This document shows positions 24,275 to 32,000 of a stretch of 32,000 nt of DNA, piece by piece. The position numbers were made by a program, and so were the translations under genes. The stretch is from NCBI RefSeq assembly GCF_000392435.1, contig NC_021219.1, positions 300,001-332,000 on the forward strand, in the 5' to 3' direction. Source of the stretch: Candidatus Saccharimonas aalborgensis. Lineage in GTDB: Bacteria; Patescibacteriota; Saccharimonadia; Saccharimonadales; Saccharimonadaceae. How positions within the stretch are numbered: the stretch's first letter is position 1; each line of letters opens with the position of its first letter. Below the pieces are notes generated by a model. The model had not been told where the DNA came from. It ran no database searches and was given only the letters and a program-made list of their open reading frames with translations.

Positions 24275-25357
24275 ATGGCTAATTCAGTATCACAGAAGTC
24301 TGGGAGGTTAGTCGCACTCGACTACATGCGTGGCTACTTCGTCATCGTCATTATCCTCGATCACCTGTGGCGCTATCCAAGCGCGTTTTCATTGGTGACC
24401 GGCGAAGCATCGCTTTGGGTAACTGCTGCAGAAGGATTTGTTATTATCAGTGGATTTCTCATCGGGTATATTCGTGGGTTCAAGGGGTTGAAACTTTCAT
24501 TCCTTACCGTTGCATTAAAGCTTATTTCAAGGGCTGCAGTTCTCTACCTCTCTATGATTGCTGCCAGTCTACTGTATATCTATATCGAGTGGTCCGACAA
24601 GGTACCGTCTATGCCCTACACCCCCATTGGCACTGAGACAAAACGGAACTGGAATATTGTCTTAGAACAGACAATCAATCTCTCCCACCCCCACACTTGG
24701 GTTCATTTCTTAGCACTGTATACAATATTTCTGCTTGCCTCAGTTATCATGGTCGGATTGCTGCGTCGTCGCATGCCATGGCTTGTTGGTGGACTAACGA
24801 TTTTACTCTACATTTTTGGTCAGATAACAGAAATTGAGTGGTTAAAATGGCAAATTATATTCTTTGTACCAAGCATTGCTGGATTTTATTTTGAGTCAAT
24901 AAAAAAGTGGTGGAAAACATTATTGAGCGAACAAAAACAAACGTGGAATATTTTACTCTATGTTGCGGGATGTTCTACACTCGTGACATCAATCGCTTTT
25001 ATAAACTTTCATTCACTCCTGCCAACATCAATAAGCGAGCCGATAGCACAGCTCTTTGCCATTGAATCTTTTTCACCTGCTCGTGTTATCCTAGCATTAC
25101 TTTGGTTTGTTATGTTCGCAATGCTGTTTTCGCGTTTTAGCGCAGCTATTCCTCGTTCGACACACGGCGTGCTAGCGTACATAGGCACCCATTCTCTCAG
25201 CGCCTACCTCGTTCACGGATTGATTATTTGTGCTATCAACTTCTTCCTGCCACCATCTAGTGGTATTCTCGCAAATACTCTCTATGGTATTATCGCGGTC
25301 GCTGCCGTCACCTTATTCATCCGACTTCCCGTCATGCGGTCGCTTCTGCCACGCTAA
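24275..25357 (+). CDS. Acyltransferase-3/OpgC-like integral membrane protein
   Basis: N-terminal RLVALDYMRGYFVIVIILDH signature and about 10 TM helices. TGtTATAAT at 24260-24268 lies 6 nt upstream of the ATG. Confidence 0.7.
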   Translation: MANSVSQKSGRLVALDYMRGYFVIVIILDHLWRYPSAFSLVTGEASLWVTAAEGFVIISGFLIGYIRGFKGLKLSFLTVALKLISRAAVLYLSMIAASLLYIYIEWSDKVPSMPYTPIGTETKRNWNIVLEQTINLSHPHTWVHFLALYTIFLLASVIMVGLLRRRMPWLVGGLTILLYIFGQITEIEWLKWQIIFFVPSIAGFYFESIKKWWKTLLSEQKQTWNILLYVAGCSTLVTSIAFINFHSLLPTSISEPIAQLFAIESFSPARVILALLWFVMFAMLFSRFSAAIPRSTHGVLAYIGTHSLSAYLVHGLIICAINFFLPPSSGILANTLYGIIAVAAVTLFIRLPVMRSLLPR

Positions 25358-26934
25358 GGCTCAAGTTGTATCTTGGCGGCACGAAGTCCTGATTTGTCGT
25401 TAGGAAGAGCGGGTGCGTGTAACTCCTCGATCACTCTCCATTTACCGCTGACGGGTAGGTCGGGTTTTCCGTAGACGCTCCAGTCGCTTAGCCACCAGAT
25501 AACACCTCCGTGTTCCTGGGCAAATGTTGCGACATTTTGGAGCTTGCGATAGTCGCTGGCACGCATCATGTCAAACGAGCCCCAAGGAACCTTGTCGACT
25601 TCTTGATAATACATAGGATGCTCCTCTGTTTGATAGTAGTGGGCTTCATAATATCGAAATCCAGAGACTACAACTGGTGCGCTACCCGCCTTTGATTGTG
25701 CCTCCTGAATAGTCCACCTCAGCTGTAGCAGATCGCCATTGTTCTTGTTATAATTTCCCGTCTGATACACACTGACAATGCCAAATATCATCGCACCCAT
25801 GGTCAACACAGACACGATAACTGTTTGCTTCAACGCAATCTTGGATTGTAACAATACTCCTAGCGTTACGCCTATTAGCGCCGACCAGTAAAGAATTGCG
25901 ACTAGTAGGTATCGTTCAACATATGAAGGACGTAGCGGTGGAAGTGAGAGTAAAAGAAGCATGATCGTTGGAACAAATGCCAAGGAGGCAATCAACCAAA
26001 AAAGTTGTTTTTGATACGGGCTAAGCACCCGGTAGGCTTTCGGTGTGAGCCAGCAGAGACCGGCTGCGATCAGGATGGCGACAGCAGCAAGAAGCGGCGT
26101 CATCTCCCACGTCTCACGGTAATACAACAGATTTGTATAAAGATTTACGGGGGACAGTAGCGTGATAGGCTTTATCCAAAAACCGCCGCCTTGTATCCCG
26201 AACATCTGATGAAGCATGGTGGGAAGCCATGGCAAAAAGAGCACGATTGCTAATGCATGCGCCCATAACCATTCTTTGGAGAAAAACCGCCGCACTCTGT
26301 CTTTATGCGACTCGCTCCGTATAATGTTACTGCGCCAGATCCAGTGGGCAATCCACGCAAGTGCCGTGTAATAGTGGGTCCACATGCCCAACGAAACGAG
26401 AACTCCGTAATACACCCACCGTTTCTTTGTCGGTTTTTTAAGTTGAAGAGCGAGCGCGTAGGTAGCAGAAGCAACAATTGCCATAACCATTCCGTACATG
26501 CGCGCTTCCTCGCTATAGCGAATCAACATCGGGGAAAGGCTGGCGACAACGATTGCAGAACCGGCAACCCATCGACTAAATCCCTGGCGTACAAGCAAAT
26601 AGACAAACACAAGCGCAATACCAATGCACACGAGACTAAAACTCCTGAGTCCTATTTCGGACGTACCAAACACTGTGGTCCAGGCCTTGAGGAGCCAGTA
26701 GTAAAGGGGTGGATGCACATCTGTCGCTGTAAACTGCGCAACTTCACTGTAGCTGTATCGAATTAAATAGGCGCTAAACGCCTCATCAAACCATATTGAC
26801 CAGCGCGTGATATTACCAAGCGCAAGTACCGAAAATCCCGCGAGAATACTTCCTAAAAGCCACCAGTCTCTCTTGGTAAATGATTCGCTATTTCGTGCTG
26901 TACGACGAGAAAGAAATGCTTTTAGTTGTTTCAT
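25354..26934 (-). CDS. GT-C fold glycosyltransferase (ArnT/PMT, family 39/83-like)
   Basis: WFDEAFSAY in the first loop, HPPLYYWLLKAW, many TM helices and a C-terminal soluble domain. ATG at 26934 (MKQLKAFL) is preferred because TAGAAT lies 7 nt upstream. The ORF-track TTG start is 26970. Confidence 0.8.
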   Translation of the reverse strand: MKQLKAFLSRRTARNSESFTKRDWWLLGSILAGFSVLALGNITRWSIWFDEAFSAYLIRYSYSEVAQFTATDVHPPLYYWLLKAWTTVFGTSEIGLRSFSLVCIGIALVFVYLLVRQGFSRWVAGSAIVVASLSPMLIRYSEEARMYGMVMAIVASATYALALQLKKPTKKRWVYYGVLVSLGMWTHYYTALAWIAHWIWRSNIIRSESHKDRVRRFFSKEWLWAHALAIVLFLPWLPTMLHQMFGIQGGGFWIKPITLLSPVNLYTNLLYYRETWEMTPLLAAVAILIAAGLCWLTPKAYRVLSPYQKQLFWLIASLAFVPTIMLLLLSLPPLRPSYVERYLLVAILYWSALIGVTLGVLLQSKIALKQTVIVSVLTMGAMIFGIVSVYQTGNYNKNNGDLLQLRWTIQEAQSKAGSAPVVVSGFRYYEAHYYQTEEHPMYYQEVDKVPWGSFDMMRASDYRKLQNVATFAQEHGGVIWWLSDWSVYGKPDLPVSGKWRVIEELHAPALPNDKSGLRAAKIQLEP

Positions 26935-27019
26935 AGTACGTATTCTAGTGATATTATCCGATATATTCAACTAACTCCTAGGAAATCCTCACTTTTTCCG
27001 CTATAATACCTGTACACAT

Positions 27020-27095
27020 CGGGGTGTGGCGCAGTTGATAGCGCGCTCGGTTTGGGACCGAGAGGTCGAAGGTTTGAGTCCTTTCACCCCGACCA
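27020..27095 (+). tRNA. tRNA-Pro (anticodon TGG)
   Basis: Acceptor CGGGGTG/CACCCCG, anticodon arm CTCGG-TTTGGGA-CCGAG, T arm GAAGG-TTTGAGT-CCTTT, CCA. TATAAT at 27002-27007 upstream. Confidence 0.9.
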
Positions 27096-27109
27096 CAAGT
27101 AGTTGAGTT

Positions 27110-27132
27110 CGTCCTTTGGACGTGCTTTTTTT
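27110..27132 (+). terminator. Probable intrinsic terminator after tRNA-Pro
   Basis: Stem cgtcc/ggacg (27110-27122) with a ttt loop, then tgc and a 7-T run. Confidence 0.45.
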
Positions 27133-27151
27133 ATCTGCTATCATACATGCT

Positions 27152-27739
27152 ATGGGGACAACCGAAAAACGACCCGTATATGCCAATGCGTTCGGCGCCT
27201 TTGGGTACGTATTTCTCGTATTTTCTTGGCTATGGTCGACGCTCATCGTTGGATATTCATCGCTATCGACACAAAATATCACCTGGCTCATCCCCAAGAA
27301 TGCCGATCAGCCTATAGGTACCTCTGAGCCTTCGTCCCTGGTATCCGGCCCAGTCGCCATAACAATCGGTCTTGTCGTTACGATTTTTATCGTACTAACT
27401 ACTCTCTATGTATTTATCGCTCTCCCAAAATCTATCGGGAAAAGAGGCTCGACGGTCACCCGCAAAGCTGCTTCGCTCATTGTTCCGATCGTAACCCACC
27501 ATCAGCCACTGCCGGAAACGCGCCGTGTCTTTCTTACCTCACGCATTATCATGGTGCTCAAATCAATTGCGTGTCTCTTACCGGTAACCACGTTACTTGT
27601 ATTTCCAAACACAACGACATTGTCTTATGAGGTCGTGCTCATATGCTCATTATTTTTTAGTCTTTTTACAGTAGCTCTCTTTACTGTCCAATACGCTCTC
27701 GCGCGCCTATTACATATTCCTCGTGAACTCTTATGGTAG
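27152..27739 (+). CDS. Hypothetical polytopic membrane protein
   Basis: Several TM helices and no recognised motif. ATG at 27152 is preferred: TGcTATCAT at 27136-27144 lies 7 nt upstream, and the ORF-track start at 27116 lies inside the terminator hairpin. Confidence 0.55.
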   Translation: MGTTEKRPVYANAFGAFGYVFLVFSWLWSTLIVGYSSLSTQNITWLIPKNADQPIGTSEPSSLVSGPVAITIGLVVTIFIVLTTLYVFIALPKSIGKRGSTVTRKAASLIVPIVTHHQPLPETRRVFLTSRIIMVLKSIACLLPVTTLLVFPNTTTLSYEVVLICSLFFSLFTVALFTVQYALARLLHIPRELLW

Positions 27740-27802
27740 AAGACTAGTAACCATACTGCATCTGCGCTACAATACGCAGTATAAACAGTAAAAATAAATA
27801 CT

Positions 27803-29506
27803 ATGAATAATAAACAATTTACTCGACAGCTCATAGGCCTTACGGCTGTTTCTGTTGCTATCATGAGTGGACTGGTTATTCATTTTCAACTGTTCCCGGG
27901 AATACAATCAAAATACCCCCTTGTCCCTACAAAACCGATCGACAAAAGCCAATCTATTGGTGGACAGCCAGAGAAAAGGGTAACGCAGCACATACCCCCC
28001 GCACCATCCGCAGCCGCACCAGAGACTACTCCCCAATCTCAATCAAAAACAATACTCCCGTCAGGTGATGTCTCACCTCGACAGACGGCGATTGCTGCTA
28101 CCGTTACCCATGAATACACCTATCACGCGCTTGCGTCTCCGAATGACCCTTATTACCCATCATCGTGGGCATTGCAACATACGGGAGCAACTGGTGCTTG
28201 GGCAATTTCGACCGGCACGCCTATGGTTATTGCTATCATCGATACGGGATTTGCACTTTCTCATGAAGACCTCCAGACTCAGTGGTATCAAAATCAAGGT
28301 GAAAATGGCTTTACACAGTCTGGGGACCGTTGCTGGACCGGCGTCTCCCAGAATAAATCTACAAATTCCTGCGACGACGATGCGAATGGCTACATTGATG
28401 ATTGGCGCGGCTGGAATTTCGTAAACAAAAGTAATTTGCCTCAAGCAGGTACCACTAATCCAACAGGCAGTGGTGTATCACATGGAACCGCAGTCGCCGG
28501 CATCGCTGGCGCCGCTACCAATAATGGTATCGGGGTAGCATCATACAACTGGAATGTAAAACTAATGCCCTTGCAGGCCCTTTCTGATAACGGCTCTGGG
28601 GTGACCAGCGATATTGCTGCAGCTATCTACTACGCAGTCGATAATGGTGCATCAGTCATCAATCTCAGTCTCGGCGGAAGCGCGGACGATCCCGCACTAA
28701 AAGCCGCAGTACTCTACGCCTACCAGCACAATGTCGTCATCGTTGCAGCTGCGGGTAACTGCGGAACTGGTACAGAATCCGGCTGTGACCCCTCAAAACC
28801 TGGACAGATGCTTTATCCCGCCCTTTATGACCATGTTATTAGTGTGGGAGCGACAGACGTCAACGATGCTCGGGCGAGTTTTAGCAGTTATGGTCCAGCT
28901 CTTGATGTTATAGCACCCGGATCCGGCAACATCACCTCAACGCTTATCGATACTTCGTCGTCCCCTATCAATATGACAAATGCCTATTCAGCTAGCCTCT
29001 ACGGAACATCATTTGCATCGCCGATGGTAGCGAGCATTGTATCGCTTATAAAATCAATCCGCCCCAACGCAACAGTAGAGGATATTACCGCCCTTGTTGA
29101 TGGTTCAGCGCAAAAAGTCAGCGGTATGTCGGGATCGATCTACACCCTCCAATACGGTCACGGCCTTATCAACGCAACAAGCGCCTCAACAATCGCGGCT
29201 AGCCTGAGTCCCACCGCGACTACAGTCAAACTTGGTCAAACAGGAAGTGTTCACTCAGAGCATAGTTTTAATACCGCCGATACCCTCGCTAGCTCCTGTA
29301 CCGTCTCGCCTTTCAGCTACTGTACCGTGCGTATTCATAGTGTATCGCTTGGGTATGACCGCTACCTCCCCTATACCAAGACTGACTCAAGTGGAATAAC
29401 GAGTTGGTCGTGGCCAGGTAATATTATATCGGCCTCCGAAGCCTGGGATGTATCTAGCCAGCAGGGCGGATCGTTTTCTCCCTACTATCCTCTCGTGGCA
29501 AAATAG
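27803..29506 (+). CDS. Secreted or membrane-anchored subtilisin-like serine protease (peptidase S8)
   Basis: Catalytic triad contexts AIIDTGF (Asp), HGTAVAGIAGA (His) and GTSFASPMVAS (Ser). N-terminal signal-anchor. Confidence 0.95.
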   Translation: MNNKQFTRQLIGLTAVSVAIMSGLVIHFQLFPGIQSKYPLVPTKPIDKSQSIGGQPEKRVTQHIPPAPSAAAPETTPQSQSKTILPSGDVSPRQTAIAATVTHEYTYHALASPNDPYYPSSWALQHTGATGAWAISTGTPMVIAIIDTGFALSHEDLQTQWYQNQGENGFTQSGDRCWTGVSQNKSTNSCDDDANGYIDDWRGWNFVNKSNLPQAGTTNPTGSGVSHGTAVAGIAGAATNNGIGVASYNWNVKLMPLQALSDNGSGVTSDIAAAIYYAVDNGASVINLSLGGSADDPALKAAVLYAYQHNVVIVAAAGNCGTGTESGCDPSKPGQMLYPALYDHVISVGATDVNDARASFSSYGPALDVIAPGSGNITSTLIDTSSSPINMTNAYSASLYGTSFASPMVASIVSLIKSIRPNATVEDITALVDGSAQKVSGMSGSIYTLQYGHGLINATSASTIAASLSPTATTVKLGQTGSVHSEHSFNTADTLASSCTVSPFSYCTVRIHSVSLGYDRYLPYTKTDSSGITSWSWPGNIISASEAWDVSSQQGGSFSPYYPLVAK

Positions 29507-29556
29507 CTTTTCTTGCTCATGCTTGTTATACTAAAAAAGATAACTTGGATTTTTGA

Positions 29557-30153
29557 ATGTTAAAGATAAAGAAACGCCGCTCAATCGGTATACCCCGTAT
29601 TGCCCTACTGGGCACGGCCCTTCTTCTGCTGAGTGGTGGTCTGTACCTCTTGCTACTTGTTGCTTCGCCCTCACTCGCACCACTTATCACGATGAAACCC
29701 ATAGAGGTACGCTCTCTCCCCGCTCCCCAAGCGACCGACAATCGTGTCATCATCCCAAAAATTGGAGTAAATATTCCCTATGACAAGGGGGCGGCTTCTC
29801 TTGACCGAGGCGCAGAATGGCGTTACCCAGAGCGAGGGAATCCTGAAAAGGGTGGAAACTTCATTATCGCTGCTCATCGCTTTAGCATTCAACCTACACC
29901 TCAGGGAACGATCGAGAAATCACCTTTCTATCATATTGATAAGCTTGCCGTTGGGGACAAAATTGTTATCGACTATATCGGGACACGATACGGCTACGAA
30001 ATTGAAAAAATATTTACTGTCAAACCAACGCAAGTCGAAATTGAAGCACCCTCAACCGACGCAAAGTTAACGCTCTATACCTGTGAGCTCGATGGTTCAG
30101 ATGCGGGCAGGGTCGTGGTAGTCGCCAAGCCTCTCGGCAAAGTCGCTCTCTAG
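29557..30153 (+). CDS. Sortase family transpeptidase
   Basis: N-terminal TM anchor, IIAAHRF (His), LTLYTCE (TLxTC Cys), and a conserved Arg in GRVVVVAKP. Confidence 0.9.
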   Translation: MLKIKKRRSIGIPRIALLGTALLLLSGGLYLLLLVASPSLAPLITMKPIEVRSLPAPQATDNRVIIPKIGVNIPYDKGAASLDRGAEWRYPERGNPEKGGNFIIAAHRFSIQPTPQGTIEKSPFYHIDKLAVGDKIVIDYIGTRYGYEIEKIFTVKPTQVEIEAPSTDAKLTLYTCELDGSDAGRVVVVAKPLGKVAL

Positions 30154-30639
30154 CTATTCTCTCGCGCCGGCACCAAACACCTGCTCCCTATAACCACGCT
30201 CACCGCGAGCCCAGGCGAGAGTGGTTTGTGAATAATGACGGTTACCTGCAACTATCATATCTGCCATCACTACATCAAACATCTCAATCTCTCGTTTATC
30301 TATCTTGGCACCTTCTAGTACTTCAGCTGCTACAGTTGCCTGAAACACAAACTGATAGGTGTGGGCATACTCACTTACTCGATCAACAACCATGACAAAC
30401 TCAAGCTCATCTTCGCTCAGTTGTATGTTTACTTCCTCAAGGCATTCACGAACTGCTGCAGCCCGCGGAGTCTCCCGTGTATCAATAATTCCGCCAGGAA
30501 ATGACCAATAGTCCTTGTAAGTTGCTTTCAAAACCAGCACTTTACCATCTACGGTGCGAAGGGCGACTGTCGCGCTCGAAACACGATGCTCCAGTGAGGT
30601 AAACCACTGTCTGGTTTCTTCGTCTGAGTAGGAATGCAT
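30154..30639 (-). CDS. NUDIX hydrolase
   Basis: Nudix box GGIIDTRETPRAAAVRECLEEVNI. ATG at 30639 avoids overlap with rny; the ORF-track start is 30672. Confidence 0.85.
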   Translation of the reverse strand: MHSYSDEETRQWFTSLEHRVSSATVALRTVDGKVLVLKATYKDYWSFPGGIIDTRETPRAAAVRECLEEVNIQLSEDELEFVMVVDRVSEYAHTYQFVFQATVAAEVLEGAKIDKREIEMFDVVMADMIVAGNRHYSQTTLAWARGERGYREQVFGAGARE

Positions 30640-30640
30640 A

Positions 30641-32000
30641 TTACTTTGCAAACTCGATAGCGCGTGTCTCACGAATAACGTTTACCTTAATCGTGCCCGG
30701 ATATTGCATAGTGCTTTCGATTTTTGTCGCAATGTCACGTGCCAATTTGATTGCGCTTAGGTCGTCAATACTTTCTGGCCTGACGATGACACGAACTTCC
30801 CGTCCTGCGCTAATTGCATACGCTTTATCAATCCCCTTAAATCCAGTGGCAATATTCTCAAGATCACGCATGCGCTCAGCAAAGTTTTCAGCACTGATAT
30901 TTCGCGCACCTGGCCGCGCCGCGCTGATTGCGTCGCAAACACGCACCACAAGTGCTTCAGCAGTTGTGGCTTCGATATCGTCGTGATGGGCTTCGATGGC
31001 GTGAACAATCTCATCACTCATACCTGCCTTACGAGCTAACTCGGCGCCAATGTGATGGTGCTTGCCTTCAACCTTATGCGTCACAGCCTTGCCGATATCG
31101 TGAAGTAGTGTAGCAATCTTAGTTACGCGTACATTTGCGCCGATTTCGTCTGCAATTAAGCCAGCCATATGCGCCATTTCAGTGCTGTGCATTAGAACGT
31201 TTTGGCCATAGCTGGTACGGAACTTCAGTTCACCGAGAAGCTTGAGAAGATCTTTTGGTATTCCGGCAACACCTACTTCACGAGCAGCATCCTCGCCGGC
31301 ACGAATAACTTCTTTTTCAATCTGTTTTTCGGCTTTTTCAAAGACTTCCTCGATGCGACCCGGATGGATACGACCATCTTTCATCAGCATTTCAAGGCCC
31401 ATACGAGCAACTTGGCGACGAATCGGATCAAAGCTGGATAAGATTACCATGCCAGGCGTGTCATCGACCAAAAAGTCAACTCCAGTGGCGCGTTGCATAG
31501 CCTGAATATTCCGGCCTTCCTTGCCGATGATGCGCCCTTTCATCTCGTCATCAGTCAATTTCACGGCGGTGACAGTTCGCTCAGCAGTCACTTCACTCGC
31601 CATTCGTTCCATGGCAGAAAGTATCACTAGTTGAGCCTTTTCCTCGGCATCATCGGTGGCTTCCTTTTGTAGCTTTGCAACAAGTCCAAGCAAATCATCC
31701 TTTATATCTCGCTCCGTCATCTGGAGCAGCTTCTCCGCTGCATCTTTCTTTTTGAGCCCAGCGATCTTTTCAAGCTTCTCTTGCTGTTTTGTACGAATCT
31801 CACGAATCTCGGTCTTAAGAGATTCGACTTCATCCTCTTGTTTGCGTAATCTCTCGCTACGCTTGTCTAGCTCATCAAGTTTGTTGTCAAGTGAGCTCTC
31901 CCTATCAGCCAACCGCGACTCTACCTTCTGTATTTCACGTCGCCGTTCTTGCTCAATTTTAAGCGCCTCGTCTTTTGCCTGCAGAACAATCTCGCTGGCC
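30641..32000 (-). CDS. rny: Ribonuclease Y (5' end beyond the right edge of the window)
   Basis: KH domain (GKEGRNIQAMQRATGVDFLVDD) and HD domain (LLHDIGKA...HH). The frame stays open upstream of the ORF-track TTG at 31912 through base 32000 (..ASEIVLQAKDEALKIEQERRREIQKVESRL), which matches the RNase Y coiled-coil N-terminal region. Confidence 0.95.
   Translation of the reverse strand, partial: ASEIVLQAKDEALKIEQERRREIQKVESRLADRESSLDNKLDELDKRSERLRKQEDEVESLKTEIREIRTKQQEKLEKIAGLKKKDAAEKLLQMTERDIKDDLLGLVAKLQKEATDDAEEKAQLVILSAMERMASEVTAERTVTAVKLTDDEMKGRIIGKEGRNIQAMQRATGVDFLVDDTPGMVILSSFDPIRRQVARMGLEMLMKDGRIHPGRIEEVFEKAEKQIEKEVIRAGEDAAREVGVAGIPKDLLKLLGELKFRTSYGQNVLMHSTEMAHMAGLIADEIGANVRVTKIATLLHDIGKAVTHKVEGKHHHIGAELARKAGMSDEIVHAIEAHHDDIEATTAEALVVRVCDAISAARPGARNISAENFAERMRDLENIATGFKGIDKAYAISAGREVRVIVRPESIDDLSAIKLARDIATKIESTMQYPGTIKVNVIRETRAIEFAK

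Noticed and set aside
27001-27327. ORFs 27001..27297(-) and 27103..27327(+)
   Set aside because: The first runs antisense through tRNA-Pro and the start of the membrane-protein gene. The second is an out-of-frame overlap of the better-supported 27152..27739 ORF.
1-32000. CRISPR arrays, rRNA genes, IS elements with terminal inverted repeats, and toxin-antitoxin or known defence cassettes
   Set aside because: Reading both strands by eye, I found no regularly spaced direct repeats, no rRNA-like sequence and no transposase-like ORF. There was no recognisable defence-gene motif beyond the generic HIT and NUDIX housekeeping-type proteins.

Overview
This window reads as a chromosomal segment from a small-genome bacterium with a Gram-positive-type envelope. 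The envelope call rests on MurT/GatD, sortase, RNase Y and type IV pilins. A Saccharibacteria/CPR-like origin is my inference from gene content only and is not verifiable here.

Layout, left to right:
- 1-3.4 kb: a visibly AT-richer end of an integrated mobile element. It carries a membrane protein, about 1 kb of structured non-coding DNA with a candidate sRNA, and a large serine recombinase abutting tRNA-Arg(TCG).
- 3.5-7.3 kb: murB, three minor-pilin-like genes and two major-pilin paralogues.
- 7.3-10.4 kb (minus): a roughly 1030-codon secreted beta-propeller/SGNH-hydrolase/TSP3 protein, broken by two in-frame TAA codons.
- 10.5-13.4 kb: glyA and an XRE-HTH::MurA-like fusion.
- 13.4-14.4 kb: tRNA-Gly, an orphan ORF, and a tRNA-His/Arg/Arg cluster containing a tRNA-derived leader.
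- 14.5-17.5 kb: HIT, a DmpA-type peptidase, a membrane protein and a YpfJ-type Zn peptidase.
- 17.5-22.2 kb (minus): an overlapping three-gene set of a small membrane protein, a membrane-anchored Clp/Hsp100-like ATPase and a P1B-type ATPase.
- 22.2-32 kb: murT-gatD, an acyltransferase-3 protein, a GT-C glycosyltransferase, tRNA-Pro, a membrane protein, an S8 protease, a sortase, NUDIX and rny (partial).

No CRISPR array, rRNA or IS element was seen.

Most notable observations:
- The doubly TAA-interrupted surface protein.
- A promoter-proximal tRNA-like leader with an 18-nt perfect antisense match to the downstream tRNA-Arg(UCU).
- The membrane-anchored Clp-like ATPase with a degenerate D1 domain, coupled to a TPCP-type P1B ATPase.
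- The HTH-MurA fusion with a palindrome over its own promoter.
- A recurrent -10 box, 6 to 8 nt, then ATG arrangement, suggesting widespread leaderless mRNAs.

All coordinates were indexed by hand. All homology calls are motif recognition by eye, not database searches.
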